A stretch of DNA of 64,000 nt from Thermoanaerobaculia bacterium (GTDB lineage: Bacteria > Acidobacteriota > Thermoanaerobaculia > UBA5066). Shown here piece by piece: positions 54,213-64,000 of the stretch (position 1 is its first letter; each line of letters opens with the position of its first letter). A program made the position numbers and the translations under genes. The notes under the pieces are model-generated. The model had not been told where the DNA came from and made no database searches. It saw only the letters and a program-made list of their open reading frames with translations. The stretch spans positions 1,120,001-1,184,000 of the forward strand of contig CAVRAY010000001.1 of the NCBI GenBank assembly GCA_963719225.1. Direction: 5' to 3'.

Positions 54213-55784
54213 ATGCGTACGAAAACGAAGGTTCTGTCTCTCGCCGCTCTTCTCACCGGCTCGGTCGTCTTCGGAATGATCCTCGCCGGCACTCTCGATC
54301 TCACGAAGCACGCTTCGGCCCAGAAGTCGGCCGCGGCCCCTGGGGTCAGCACAGCCGCGACGGTCGCCTCCTCCGGCCGGTCTCCACAAATGGTGGCGCT
54401 GCCGTCCTTCGCCGACATCGCCGAGCAGGTCATGCCGGCCATCGTCTCGGTGACGGCGACGGACATCATCAAGGCCGACAAGCTGCGCGGCCGGAATTAC
54501 CACAACTTCTCGAACCCCGACGGCTCCGACCCGTTCGAGTTCTTTTTCGGCCCCGACGGACCGAAGCGCAGGGGCGCGGACGTCGACGAGGACCAGAAGC
54601 AGCTCTCGGGAGGGACGGGCTTTTTCATCGACAGTGAGGGCTACATCCTCACGAACAACCACGTCATCGACGGAGCCGACAAGATCGAGGTCAAGGTCGG
54701 CGACAGGGACGACTACCCGGCGAAGGTCGTGGGACGCGACCCCGCCTCGGACCTCGCTCTCCTGAAGATCACCGGCACCCGCCCCTTTCCGACCGTGAAG
54801 CTCGGCGATTCGGACCGTATCCGCGTCGGCGAATGGGTCATGGCGATCGGCGACCCGCTCAACTTCGACAAGTCGGTCACCGTGGGCGTCATCTCCGGCA
54901 AGGGCCGTTACGCGGGCCTGTCCCGTGCCACCGCGAGTTTCGAAAGCCTCCTGCAGACGGATGCCGCGATCAACTTCGGCAACTCGGGCGGGCCGCTCGT
55001 GAACGTGAACGGCGAGGTCGTCGGGATCAACACCGCGATGGCCCGCACCCAGAACAACTTCGCGCAGAACATCGGCTTCGCGGTCCCCATGAACATGGCC
55101 AAGCGCCTGATGCCGCAGCTCCGGAAGGGCAAGGTCGTGCGCGGCTTCCTCGGCGTGAGCATCGATTCGATCGACAAGAAATGGCAGGAAGCCTACGACC
55201 TGAAGGCGCCTGAAGGCGCCCTCGTGAACTCCGTCGAGCCCGGCAAGCCCGCGGAAAAGGCCGGGCTGAAGCACGACGACATCATCACGAAGGTCGACGA
55301 CGTCCCGGTGAAGAACAACCGCGACCTCATCGACTACGTGTCGGGCAAGGGTCCGGGCACGAAGGTCACGATCGCGTACCTCCGCGACGGCAGGGAGAAG
55401 ACCGCGGTCGCGACGCTCGAAGAGCGGCCGGAGTTCGGCGAGAAACCGGTCCAGGAAGAGGATTCGAAGTCGGGCAAGCAGAAGATGCTCGGCCTCGAGC
55501 TCGACGAGCTTTCGCCGCAGACAAGGCGGTCCTACGGCCTCGACCGCGACATCCAGAAGGGTGTCATCGTCACGCACGTCAAGCCGGTCTCGCCCGCGGG
55601 CGACGCGAATCTCCGGGAAGGGGACGTCATCCTCGAGGTGAACGGCACGCCCGTGGGATCCGTGGACGAGCTGCAGGCGCAGATCCGGAAGGCGCCGAAG
55701 GGCAAGTACATCCGCCTCTACATCCAGCGCGGCGGGGGGCGCGGACAGGCGCTGAAGTTCCTCGCGGCCGTGAAGGCCGAATGA
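54213..55784 (+). CDS. degP: DegP/HtrA serine protease with two PDZ domains
   Basis: TNNHV, DLALLK, QTDAAIN.GNSGGPL triad; two PDZ domains; start 54204 or 54213. Confidence 0.94.
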   Translation: MRTKTKVLSLAALLTGSVVFGMILAGTLDLTKHASAQKSAAAPGVSTAATVASSGRSPQMVALPSFADIAEQVMPAIVSVTATDIIKADKLRGRNYHNFSNPDGSDPFEFFFGPDGPKRRGADVDEDQKQLSGGTGFFIDSEGYILTNNHVIDGADKIEVKVGDRDDYPAKVVGRDPASDLALLKITGTRPFPTVKLGDSDRIRVGEWVMAIGDPLNFDKSVTVGVISGKGRYAGLSRATASFESLLQTDAAINFGNSGGPLVNVNGEVVGINTAMARTQNNFAQNIGFAVPMNMAKRLMPQLRKGKVVRGFLGVSIDSIDKKWQEAYDLKAPEGALVNSVEPGKPAEKAGLKHDDIITKVDDVPVKNNRDLIDYVSGKGPGTKVTIAYLRDGREKTAVATLEERPEFGEKPVQEEDSKSGKQKMLGLELDELSPQTRRSYGLDRDIQKGVIVTHVKPVSPAGDANLREGDVILEVNGTPVGSVDELQAQIRKAPKGKYIRLYIQRGGGRGQALKFLAAVKAE

Positions 55785-56128
55785 CCCGGGGAAGCCGGGG
55801 AGCGCTCGCGCTCTCCGGCTGCCTCCTTCTTCTCGTCTTCACTGCAGGGGATTCGTCCGCGGGCTGGCCTCCGAGTCAAAAACTCCGCGGCGCGAAAGCG
55901 CCGGAGGCGGCGCAGACCAGGGGCGCGGTCTTCACGGCCGAGATCCGCCCGATCCTTTTGGCTCATTGCGCGCCGTGCCACGAGCCCGGCGGGAAGATGT
56001 ACGCGAGGCTGCCGTTCGACGACCCCTCGGTCCTGTCGTCTCACGAGCCGGGCGTGAAGAAGCGCCTCAAGGGCGACGACCTCAAGGCCTTCGAGCGCTG
56101 GCTCGCGATGGCTCCGGAAAAAAGCTGA
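55781..56128 (+). CDS. Secreted monoheme c-type cytochrome-like protein
   Basis: Signal peptide; F..EIRPIL..HCAPCH resembles the planctomycete cytochrome c N-terminus; ATGA-coupled to degP. Confidence 0.65.
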   Translation: MTRGSRGALALSGCLLLLVFTAGDSSAGWPPSQKLRGAKAPEAAQTRGAVFTAEIRPILLAHCAPCHEPGGKMYARLPFDDPSVLSSHEPGVKKRLKGDDLKAFERWLAMAPEKS

Positions 56129-56750
56129 GGCGAGGGCGCGTCGCCTCGCGGAGCTTTTCCGCGAGGGTTCGTTTGCACCTCTCGCAGAAGCCCGACGCTT
56201 CGTCCACGGATTGGATGCTTCCGCCGGCGTCGTTCATGAGGCAGTGACTCGCCGCGCAGTGGGGAAGGCCGAGACTGTGCGCGAGCTCGTGCGCCGCCAC
56301 GCGGCCGAGCCGCGTTTCGAAGACGGATTCGGAAACCTCCCCGGGGCGGAGGTGATTGGCGTGCAGGCGATACGTGGAGATCACGCCCGGCCGTCCCCCG
56401 AGCTTCGCGACTCCGAAGACGCCCCAGTCCGCGACGTCGCCTTTCGGCGCGGAGATGTCCCGCGCGGTGATGCCGATGACGTGCGGGAACCTCGGCCCGG
56501 TCGTGCGATCCAGAAACGCGACGAGGTCCTCGGCCCGATAGCGACGCCGCGGCGCGTAGTACGCCGACTCGGGCAAGGGCTTCGTCGCCAGCACCGTGAC
56601 CTTCAGCCCGAAAAAGGTGCTCAGCTTCCGAGCGAGGTTCTCGACGACGCGCTCGCTCACCTGGCCGAGCGGCTGCAATGCGACCCCGGGAGAGGCGGGA
56701 ATCGACGGGCGAGAGGCCAGCGTGACCGCAAGAATGCATGAGGTCAACAC
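56082..56750 (-). CDS. Archaemetzincin-like (peptidase M54) zinc metalloprotease
   Basis: HELAHSLGLPHC....CLM......CERC; overlaps the convergent gene by 47 nt. Confidence 0.85.
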   Translation of the reverse strand: MLTSCILAVTLASRPSIPASPGVALQPLGQVSERVVENLARKLSTFFGLKVTVLATKPLPESAYYAPRRRYRAEDLVAFLDRTTGPRFPHVIGITARDISAPKGDVADWGVFGVAKLGGRPGVISTYRLHANHLRPGEVSESVFETRLGRVAAHELAHSLGLPHCAASHCLMNDAGGSIQSVDEASGFCERCKRTLAEKLREATRPRLSFFPEPSRASARRP

Positions 56751-56846
56751 GTCTCGCTATTCCCCCGGACCCGTAGGACGACGTTGGAGCCAGAAAATTT
56801 TATCGGCTCTTTCCGCGACCCGCAAGACCTCTTTGCGGAAAAAAGG

Positions 56847-58064
56847 TCAGCTGGAGGCGAGGGCGGCGTCCAGGGGCGAGAGATGCTTCGCAGGACCTTC
56901 TGACGGTGAGGCGGACTCCGCTGCGAAGTCGTGCCGGTTCGCGCGCAGGACGTGGCCGCCCGCGTCCCTGAGGACGCGCTCGTAGAACGCGTCGCGCTCG
57001 AAGGGCTCGCGGCCGGCGCCGCGAATCATCCGCTCCATCTCGGCGCGCGAAAGGCCGGACTCGGTCTTCGCGCCCGCCGCGTGCGTGATCGTCTCCTCCG
57101 TCACGGTGCCCACGAGGTCGTCCGCCCCGAAGTGGAGCGCCACGGGCGCGAGCTTCTCGCCGATCTGTACCCAGTACGCCTTGACGTGCTCGAGGTTGTC
57201 GAGCATGAGTCGCGCGACGGCGATGACCTTGAGATCCGTGAGACCCGTCGCGGGCGGGAGATTCGGGAGCTGCGTCTCCTCGGGATGGAACGCGAGCGGG
57301 ATGAACCCGAGAAATCCGCCCGTCTCGTCCTGCAGCTCGCGGACGCGCACGAGGTGGTCGACGCGCTCCTCGACGGTCTCGACGCTGCCGTAGAGCATCG
57401 TGACGTTCGTCTTGACGCCGTTCTCGTGGCAGAGGCGCGCGACCTCGAGCCAGCGCTCTCCGGAGATCTTGTCGCGGCAGATGACGTCGCGGACCCGCTT
57501 CGCGAAGATCTCGGCGCCCCCTCCGGGGCAGGAGTCCATGCCGGCGGCCTTGAGGTCACGAATGACGTCGACGACGTCCCGCTTGCCGACGCGCGCGATC
57601 CAGTCGAGCTCCACCATCGTCCACGCCTTGAGGTGCACCCCCGGAAAACGGGCCTTCAGCGCGCGGAGGAGGTCGAGGTACCAGGAATACGGGAGAGACG
57701 GGTGGAGCCCGCCCACGATGTGGAGCTCGGTGATCCCGTCGTGCCAGCCGGCGGCGGACTCGGCGACGGCTTCCTCGATGGACATGGTGTATCCGCCGTC
57801 CACGCCGGGCTTGCGCGCCCACGCGCACAGCGCGCAATCCACCCAGCAGAGGTTCGTGGGGTTCAGGTAGCGGTTCACGTTGTAGTAGCCGACGTTGCCG
57901 TGCCTTCTCTCGCGTACGAAGTTCGCGAGCGTGCCGACGCCGAGCACGTCGGGGGACGTGAACAGGGCGACGCCGTCGTCGAACGAAAGGCGGCGGCCTT
58001 CCGCGACCTTTTCGGCGATCGGAAGGAGCGGCGAGCCGGCGAATCGCTCCAGAAGGACGCTCAA
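56847..58064 (-). CDS. mqnE: Aminofutalosine synthase (radical SAM)
   Basis: NPTNLCWVDCALC, ELHIVGGLHP, PGGGAEIF, HVKAYW, FGADD; TTG start overlapping the upstream stop. Confidence 0.9.
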   Translation of the reverse strand: MSVLLERFAGSPLLPIAEKVAEGRRLSFDDGVALFTSPDVLGVGTLANFVRERRHGNVGYYNVNRYLNPTNLCWVDCALCAWARKPGVDGGYTMSIEEAVAESAAGWHDGITELHIVGGLHPSLPYSWYLDLLRALKARFPGVHLKAWTMVELDWIARVGKRDVVDVIRDLKAAGMDSCPGGGAEIFAKRVRDVICRDKISGERWLEVARLCHENGVKTNVTMLYGSVETVEERVDHLVRVRELQDETGGFLGFIPLAFHPEETQLPNLPPATGLTDLKVIAVARLMLDNLEHVKAYWVQIGEKLAPVALHFGADDLVGTVTEETITHAAGAKTESGLSRAEMERMIRGAGREPFERDAFYERVLRDAGGHVLRANRHDFAAESASPSEGPAKHLSPLDAALASS

Positions 58065-58309
58065 TCCGGCATGTCACCCTTGTCGATGGGGCGTGAAAGT
58101 GCGGGCGGGTTCTGCGCCTCGGACACGGCCTTCGGGTTCAGCTCGTCGTACCGTCCCGCGTAGCGGGCGTAGCACGACGCGCAGTAGCGCGAATCAGGCG
58201 TGAACTTGAAGTCGACCACGGTGCCCGAGGCGAAGAGCTCGTCGCGGGTCTCGCCGCAGGCGTCGCAGATTCCCCTGAGGCGGAGGCGTTTCCAGACGGG
58301 TCCTGACAT
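58061..58309 (-). CDS. Small CxxC...CxxC zinc-finger-like protein
   Basis: CDAC and CASC; TAAGAT 6 nt upstream of ATG; stop overlaps mqnE start. Confidence 0.7.
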   Translation of the reverse strand: MSGPVWKRLRLRGICDACGETRDELFASGTVVDFKFTPDSRYCASCYARYAGRYDELNPKAVSEAQNPPALSRPIDKGDMPD

Positions 58310-58318
58310 GCCGGGATC

Positions 58319-59548
58319 TTACCCGGCGGCGCGCGCGCGGGGAAACCGCAGAACGAGGAGGACCGCCGCGGCGACTCCGGCGATCGCCGCTCCCGCCAGG
58401 AACGCCGTTTTCGAGCCGGCGTGCTCCCAGATGAGGCCGAAGCCGACGCTCGCGGGCAGGGCGGCGAAGCCCATGAGGCCGTTCATCCAGCCGAATGCCC
58501 GCCCGCGCGACGCGGCGGGCACGAGGTCCGCGACGAGCGCGCGCTCCGTGCCTTCCGAAAGCGCGTAGTAGATCGAGTACACCCCGACGAGCCCGACGAG
58601 AGGCCACGGCGCGGACACGAACGCGAACCCGACGTAGCAGAGCGCGTAGAGCGTCCACGCGACGAGGAGCAGCTTCCGGCGTCCGAAGCGGTCCGAAAGG
58701 CCGCCGCCCCACATCGACAGCGCGGCCCTCACGGCGTTCGAGAACGCCCAGAGGACCGGCAGCCACGCGGCGGCGATTCCGATTTCCTTCGCCTTGAGGA
58801 GGAGGAACGTGTCGGACGACGCGGAAAGCGTGAAGAACGCGATCAGCCACGCCGCGCGCCAGAAGATCGGAGGAAGAACGGCGGCAGCGGCATCGCTCGA
58901 GGCGCCCTCGGGGCTCCCTGCCCTGTTCACCTTCAAAGAAATCTTCTCTTCTTCTTTTCTTTCCCTAACCCCGAATGCCAGGACCAGCAGCGATAGCCCG
59001 GCCGGAATGGCAGCGAGGAGGAAGACCATCTTGAAAGACAGTCCCATGAGGCCCATCAGTCCCGCCGCGAGGAGCGGGCCGAGGACGGCTCCCGCGTTGT
59101 CGAAGGCGCGGTGGAGGCCGTAGGCCGCGCCGCGCCGCTCTCCCGAGGCGACGGCCGCGATCATCGTGTCGCGGGGCGCCGTGCGAACGCCCTTGCCGAT
59201 GCGGTCGACGAAGCGGATGAAGACGACCACCGGCCACGTCGGCGCGAGGCCGATCAGGGGCTTGGAGAGGGAAGAGAGGGCATAGCCGATGAAGACGAGC
59301 GGCTTCTTCGCCTTCGCGCGGTCCGTCAGCCGGCCCGAGAGGATCTTCGCGAACGACGCCGCCGTCTCCGCGACGCCTTCGATCCATCCGAGGGCCATCG
59401 CGGGCACGCCGGTCAGCGTCGCGACGAACGCCGGCAGGAGCGGAACGATCATCTCGGAGGAGGCGTCGGTCAGGAACGAGACCCATCCGAGCCGCACGAC
59501 GACCGGGGGGAGACGTGCACCGGCGGGCGGAGCAGAATCGCTCCGCAT
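58319..59548 (-). CDS. MFS transporter
   Basis: VSFLTDASSEM, DRIGKGVRTAPRD, G.LSDRFGRR; 12-TM pattern; start inferred. Confidence 0.9.
   Translation of the reverse strand: MRSDSAPPAGARLPPVVVRLGWVSFLTDASSEMIVPLLPAFVATLTGVPAMALGWIEGVAETAASFAKILSGRLTDRAKAKKPLVFIGYALSSLSKPLIGLAPTWPVVVFIRFVDRIGKGVRTAPRDTMIAAVASGERRGAAYGLHRAFDNAGAVLGPLLAAGLMGLMGLSFKMVFLLAAIPAGLSLLVLAFGVRERKEEEKISLKVNRAGSPEGASSDAAAAVLPPIFWRAAWLIAFFTLSASSDTFLLLKAKEIGIAAAWLPVLWAFSNAVRAALSMWGGGLSDRFGRRKLLLVAWTLYALCYVGFAFVSAPWPLVGLVGVYSIYYALSEGTERALVADLVPAASRGRAFGWMNGLMGFAALPASVGFGLIWEHAGSKTAFLAGAAIAGVAAAVLLVLRFPRARAAG
58921..58972 (-). repeat. Copy of the dispersed purine-rich motif inside the MFS central loop
   Basis: Minus strand GAAAGAAAAGAAGAAGAGAAGATTTCTTTGAAGGTGAACAGGG, encoding RERKEEEKISLKVNR. 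Confidence 0.7.
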
Positions 59549-60182
59549 GTCGCTCGTCTCCACCACGGCCTTCATTCTGAAGCTCGACCCTCTCTCGGAG
59601 AAGGACCTCGTCGTGGCTCTTCTCACGAAAGATCACGGCGTCGTGCGCGCGGCCGTGCGCGGCGCACGTGGACGGTCGAGGCGGGCGGCCGCGCTGCAGC
59701 TCCTCACGGAGGTTTCGATGACGTATTTCCGCCGCGAGGGCGCGGATCTCGCGCGTGTCGACACCCTCGAGATCGTCGCGAGCGCGTTCGGCCTCGCGTC
59801 GCGCGCCGAGTCGGCGATGCTTCTCCCGTATCTCGCCGAGAGCGCGCTCACGTTCGTCCCCGAATCCGAGCTCGGAGGCGACGTTTTCCGCCTCGTGAGG
59901 CACGTCCTCGACGCGCTCGAGGCGGGCGTGCCGGCGCCTCTCGCCGCGCGGTACTTCGAAGTGTGGCTCCTGCGGTTCGCGGGCGTCCTCCCCGAGGACG
60001 AGGCTCCGGAGGAGACGCGTGCGCTCCTCAGATCGATGCGGACGCTTCCGCTCGTCACGCTTTCGAAAAGGCCGCCGCCGCCGGCGACCCTCGCCGCACT
60101 CGAGGACCTGGCCCGGGAGGCGCGCCGGAGCTTCCTCGGCCACGAGCTGAAGAGCTACCGTTTCCTCGCAGCGCTCGGCTGA
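59547..60182 (+). CDS. recO: DNA repair protein RecO (short, lacks the Zn-binding segment)
   Basis: E.D.VV.LLT..HG...A.VRGAR, FE..LL..AG..P, ELKS; located before glyQS. Confidence 0.88.
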   Translation: MSLVSTTAFILKLDPLSEKDLVVALLTKDHGVVRAAVRGARGRSRRAAALQLLTEVSMTYFRREGADLARVDTLEIVASAFGLASRAESAMLLPYLAESALTFVPESELGGDVFRLVRHVLDALEAGVPAPLAARYFEVWLLRFAGVLPEDEAPEETRALLRSMRTLPLVTLSKRPPPPATLAALEDLAREARRSFLGHELKSYRFLAALG

Positions 60183-60235
60183 GCGGCTTCGCGCGACGGC
60201 GTGGAGTAGGCTATCCCTCAAGACCCGGGAGGAAC

Positions 60236-61066
60236 GTGCGAAGCCTTCACTTCGTGGCTGCGGGCGTCCTGACGCTCGTGACGGCCCGCAGCGCGTCCGG
60301 AAGGACGACGGCGGAGTTCGACCGGCAGATCGGCGCCGAGCTTCGTGCCCGCGATCCCGCGTCGGCTGCCGTCTTCGACGAGGCGAATGCGCTGCGCGCG
60401 CGGGGGGACCATTCCGGCGCGGAGGCTCGATACCGGAGGGTCTTCGAGGCGGCTCCGTGGTTCGTTCACGCCCGTCGGCGCCAGGGATTCGAGCTGCTCA
60501 TGATGTTCCGGCGGGACGAGGCGCTCGCGATCGCGCGCGAAGTGTGCCGCGCGTCCGCCGCTCCCGAGAATCGCGCCTTTCTTGCGGTCGTTATTGCGGC
60601 CAAAGAGAAGATGTCGAAGGAGGAGTGGAAGGAAGCGAACGATCTGGCGCGAGCGTTGGAGCGTGAGGATCGGGAAGACGCCCCGATCCAGCAGTCCGTG
60701 GCGGGAGTCGCTATGAGGACTGGTGACCTCGCGCTGCTGGACTCGGCCGTCACGAACCTGAAGGTTCTGGCGCCTCGCGATCCCCAAACCCTGAGGCTAG
60801 ACGCCGTCCTTCAGCTCAGCCGCGGCCGGTTTCGCGAGGCGAAGAAGGTCCTCCTCGAGGCCCGGGCCGCGGGCCTTCCCGAAGACGAGTTTCGGAGAAT
60901 GTCGGAGGCTTTCGATCGCGCGCGCCCCTGGCGGTCAAGAGCGCTCGAGATCGGCGGCATCGCCCTCGGGGTCGCCGCGGCGATCCTTCTTCTCGTCTTC
61001 GTCGCGGGCTCGGTTCGTCAGCGGCGCGCTGGCCCGACGACGCCGGATCCCGACGCGGTTTCCTGA
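60236..61066 (+). CDS. Helical-repeat (TPR-like) protein with signal peptide and C-terminal TM
   Basis: GGGAGG SD before GTG; alanine-rich helical repeats; C-terminal hydrophobic helix. Confidence 0.65.
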   Translation: MRSLHFVAAGVLTLVTARSASGRTTAEFDRQIGAELRARDPASAAVFDEANALRARGDHSGAEARYRRVFEAAPWFVHARRRQGFELLMMFRRDEALAIAREVCRASAAPENRAFLAVVIAAKEKMSKEEWKEANDLARALEREDREDAPIQQSVAGVAMRTGDLALLDSAVTNLKVLAPRDPQTLRLDAVLQLSRGRFREAKKVLLEARAAGLPEDEFRRMSEAFDRARPWRSRALEIGGIALGVAAAILLLVFVAGSVRQRRAGPTTPDPDAVS

Positions 61067-61096
61067 ACGCGGATTCGGTACACTCGGCGTCCCCTC

Positions 61097-62005
61097 ATGG
61101 ACCTGCAGACCCTGATCCTGAAGCTCTCGGCGTACTGGGCGTCGAAGGGCTGCCTTCTCGAGCAGCCGTGGGACGTCGAGGTGGGCGCGGGGACGATGCA
61201 CCCGGCCACGTTTCTGCGCGTCCTCGGGCCCGAGCCCTGGCGCGCGGCGTACGTGCAACCCTCGCGCCGGCCCACCGATGGGCGGTACGGCGCGAATCCC
61301 TTCCGGCTCGTCAAGCACCAGCAGTACCAGGTCGTCCTGAAGCCCGCGCCGGCCGACATCCAGGACCTCTACGTCGAGAGCCTCGTCGCGCTCGGCATCG
61401 ACCCGAGCGAGCACGACCTTCGCTTCGAGGAGGACAACTGGGAGTCGCCGACCCTCGGGGCGTGGGGAGTCGGGTGGCAGGTCCTCCTCGACGGCATGGA
61501 GATCACGCAGTTCACGTACTTCCAGCAGGCGGGCGGCATCGACCTCGCTCCGATCACGGGCGAGATCACGTACGGGCTCGAACGCATCACGATGTTCCTC
61601 GCGAAGAAGGAGAGCGTCTACGACATCGAGTGGGCGCCGGGCATCACGTACGGCGAGGCGCGGAGGCAGGACGAGTTCGAAGTCTCGAAATACGGGTTCG
61701 AAGTGGCCGACACGGCCCTCTGGCAGACGCTGTTCGAGCGCTTCGAGGCCGAGGCGGCGCGCTGTCTCGAAGCGGGGCTCGTGCTTCCGGCGTACGACTT
61801 CGCGTTGAAGTGCTCGCACGCGTTCAACATTCTCGATGCGCGCGGCGCCGTGTCGGCGACGGATCGCGTCGGCGTCATCCGGCGCGTGCGCGAGCTCGCG
61901 GTGGGTTGCGCGAACGCGTACGTCGCCTCGCGGGAGGCCCAGGGTTTCCCGCTCCTTCCGAAGCCGGCCCCGGTGGCCGCGCCGGACGAGGCGGCAAGTG
62001 GCTGA
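61097..62005 (+). CDS. glyQ: Glycine--tRNA ligase alpha subunit
   Basis: [40 protein letters not shown]. Confidence 0.98.
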   Translation: MDLQTLILKLSAYWASKGCLLEQPWDVEVGAGTMHPATFLRVLGPEPWRAAYVQPSRRPTDGRYGANPFRLVKHQQYQVVLKPAPADIQDLYVESLVALGIDPSEHDLRFEEDNWESPTLGAWGVGWQVLLDGMEITQFTYFQQAGGIDLAPITGEITYGLERITMFLAKKESVYDIEWAPGITYGEARRQDEFEVSKYGFEVADTALWQTLFERFEAEAARCLEAGLVLPAYDFALKCSHAFNILDARGAVSATDRVGVIRRVRELAVGCANAYVASREAQGFPLLPKPAPVAAPDEAASG

Positions 62006-64000
62006 ATTTCTCTTCGAGATCCTCGCGGAGGAGATTCCTGCCGGAGTCCTTCCCACGGCCCGCGAAGAGCTCCTCGCGCGGGCGACGGCCGCCTTCGCCG
62101 CCGCGCGGCTCGGGGGCACGCTCGCCGTGCACTCCACCTCGCGCCGGCTGGCGCTCGTGGGCGAGGACATGGCCGAACAGCAGAGAGACTTCGAGGACGA
62201 GGTGACCGGCCCGCCCGCCTCGGTCGGGTTCGACGCCGACGGCAACCCGACGAAGGCCGCGATCGGTTTCGCGAAGGCGCAGGGGGTCGCGGTGGAGGAC
62301 CTGCGCGTCGCGTCGATCCCGAAAGGGGCATACGTCGTCGCACGCAAGGTGACCACGGGGCGTCCCGCGAACGAAGTGATCGGGGAGATCCTTCCGCCGC
62401 TCGTCGAGAAGATGACGTTCCCGCGCATGATGCGGTGGGGCGACGGCACGCCGCAGTGGATTCGTCCGGTCCACTCCGTGCTCGCGCTCTTCGACGGGCT
62501 CGTGATCCCGATGACGCTCTTCGGCGTCGAGAGCGGGCGCACGACGTTCGGCCACCGCACGCTCGCCCCGGGGCGCATCGTCACGATGGGCGTCTCCGAC
62601 TGGTTCCAGAAGCTGCGCGCGGCGCACGTGGAACCCGATCTCGCCGTCCGGCGTCTCCGCTTCGAGGAGCTTTCCCGCACCCTCGCCGCCGAAGTCGGAG
62701 GCGAGCCCGCCGACGATCCCGCCCTTCTCGATACGTGGGCGCACCTCGTCGAGTCTCCGGGCGTGGTGCGCGGCGCGTTCGATCCCGCCTTCCTCGAGCT
62801 TCCGGAGGAAATCCTCGTCACGTCCATGCGCGAGCACCAGAAAATGCTCCCCGTCCGCTCGGGCGGGGCGCTCGCGGCGTACTTTCTCGCCGTCTGCGAC
62901 CAGGCGGGCGATCCGAAAGGACTGATCGCGCGCGGCAACGAGTGGGTCACCGCCGCGCGCTTCTCGGACGCGCGCTTCTTCTGGGACGACGACGGGAAGG
63001 CGAGGCTCGAGGACCGGCTCCCGCGGCTCGGCAGACTCCAGTTTCAGGAATCGCTCGGCGACTACCTCAAGAAGACGGGCCGCATCCAGGATCTCACCGA
63101 AAAGCTCGCCGCGCGGCTCGGCCTTTCGCACCTCGACGCGATGCTCGTGCGCGCGGCGAGGCTCGTGAAGGCGGACCTCGTGACCGACATGGTGCGCGAA
63201 TTCCCCGATTTGCAGGGCATCGTGGGCGGCCTTTACGCGCGTCGCGACGGCGAGCGCGAGGAAGTCTGGCAGGCTTTGTACGACCACTATCGTCCCACTT
63301 CGGCCGAAGACGGCGTGCCGCGTGGGGACGTGGGCGGCGCCGTGGCGCTCGCCGACCGCCTCGACACGCTCACGGGTCTTTTCGGCCTCGGCCTCGCGCC
63401 GACCGGCTCGCGGGATCCGTATGCCCTGCGGCGCGCCGCTCTCGGCGTCGTGAGGATCATTCTCGACAAGAAATGGCGGCTCGATCTGCCCGCCGCCTGC
63501 TCCGACGCCGCTGCGCTGCACGGCGGGCTGCCGCGCGCCAAGGACGAGATGCTCGAGGATCTGTCGGCGTTCCTCCTCGAGCGCCTGCGTTTCCTCCTCG
63601 AGAACGAGGGGCACGCGCCCGACACGGTCGCCGCGGTCCTCACGACTTCGTGCCCGGACCTCGCGGATGCCGCCGAGCGCGTCGAGGCCGTCGAGGCGCT
63701 GCGCACGGAACAGGACTTCGCTCCGCTGGCGACCGCGTTCAAGAGGATGCAGAACATCCTCGAGAAGGCTTCGGACGAAGGCGCCGAGATCGATCCCTCG
63801 AAGATGACCGACGACGCCGAGAAGGCGCTCGCGCTCGACTATCTGCAGGCGCGCGACGTGCTCGACGACCTCGTGGCGAATCGAAGGTACCGCGACGCGC
63901 TCTCCATCATGGCGTCCCTCGGCCCGAGCCTCGACCTCTTCTTCACGGAGGTCCTCGTCATGGCCGAGGATCCGGACGTGAGGGCGAACCGCATCGCGCT
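61998..64000 (+). CDS. glyS: Glycine--tRNA ligase beta subunit (runs off the window end)
   Basis: [48 protein letters not shown] read from the sequence. Confidence 0.95.
   Translation, partial: MAEFLFEILAEEIPAGVLPTAREELLARATAAFAAARLGGTLAVHSTSRRLALVGEDMAEQQRDFEDEVTGPPASVGFDADGNPTKAAIGFAKAQGVAVEDLRVASIPKGAYVVARKVTTGRPANEVIGEILPPLVEKMTFPRMMRWGDGTPQWIRPVHSVLALFDGLVIPMTLFGVESGRTTFGHRTLAPGRIVTMGVSDWFQKLRAAHVEPDLAVRRLRFEELSRTLAAEVGGEPADDPALLDTWAHLVESPGVVRGAFDPAFLELPEEILVTSMREHQKMLPVRSGGALAAYFLAVCDQAGDPKGLIARGNEWVTAARFSDARFFWDDDGKARLEDRLPRLGRLQFQESLGDYLKKTGRIQDLTEKLAARLGLSHLDAMLVRAARLVKADLVTDMVREFPDLQGIVGGLYARRDGEREEVWQALYDHYRPTSAEDGVPRGDVGGAVALADRLDTLTGLFGLGLAPTGSRDPYALRRAALGVVRIILDKKWRLDLPAACSDAAALHGGLPRAKDEMLEDLSAFLLERLRFLLENEGHAPDTVAAVLTTSCPDLADAAERVEAVEALRTEQDFAPLATAFKRMQNILEKASDEGAEIDPSKMTDDAEKALALDYLQARDVLDDLVANRRYRDALSIMASLGPSLDLFFTEVLVMAEDPDVRANRIA

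Noticed and set aside
56810-56844. Inverted repeat after mqnE as an intrinsic terminator
   Set aside because: The U-run lies before rather than after the stem on the mqnE strand, so function is unclear.

Overview
High-GC bacterial chromosomal segment. Gene content (Oar-type TonB receptor, alternative complex III plus caa3 oxidase, MqnE, GlyQS) suggests Acidobacteriota, possibly Thermoanaerobaculia; this is an inference. It is mostly core genome: a FadF-like Fe-S oxidoreductase, tRNA-Gly(GCC), USP/CBS/hemerythrin genes, rfbBA, a frameshifted trpB2, malic enzyme, a heterodimeric ABC exporter, a complete actA-G/SCO/coxBACD respiratory operon, the rimP-nusA-infB-ylxP-rbfA-nrnA-truB-rpsO-pnp cluster, degP, mqnE, recO and glyQS. 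Three small toxin-antitoxin pairs lie between housekeeping genes. I saw no prophage, IS or CRISPR. The most unusual signal is not a gene: a dispersed, AT- and purine-rich motif (approximately GAAGATTTCTTHGAADGKRAAGAG) occurs at least 12 times, mostly inside unrelated coding genes, on both strands and in different reading frames, often as convergent pairs about 80-130 bp apart. Two copies 36 kb apart are 34/37 identical. Other items of note: a 41-aa secreted Cys-rich peptide gene upstream of actA, tandem Cys-rich membrane paralogs, several apparently leaderless genes, and probable CTG starts.
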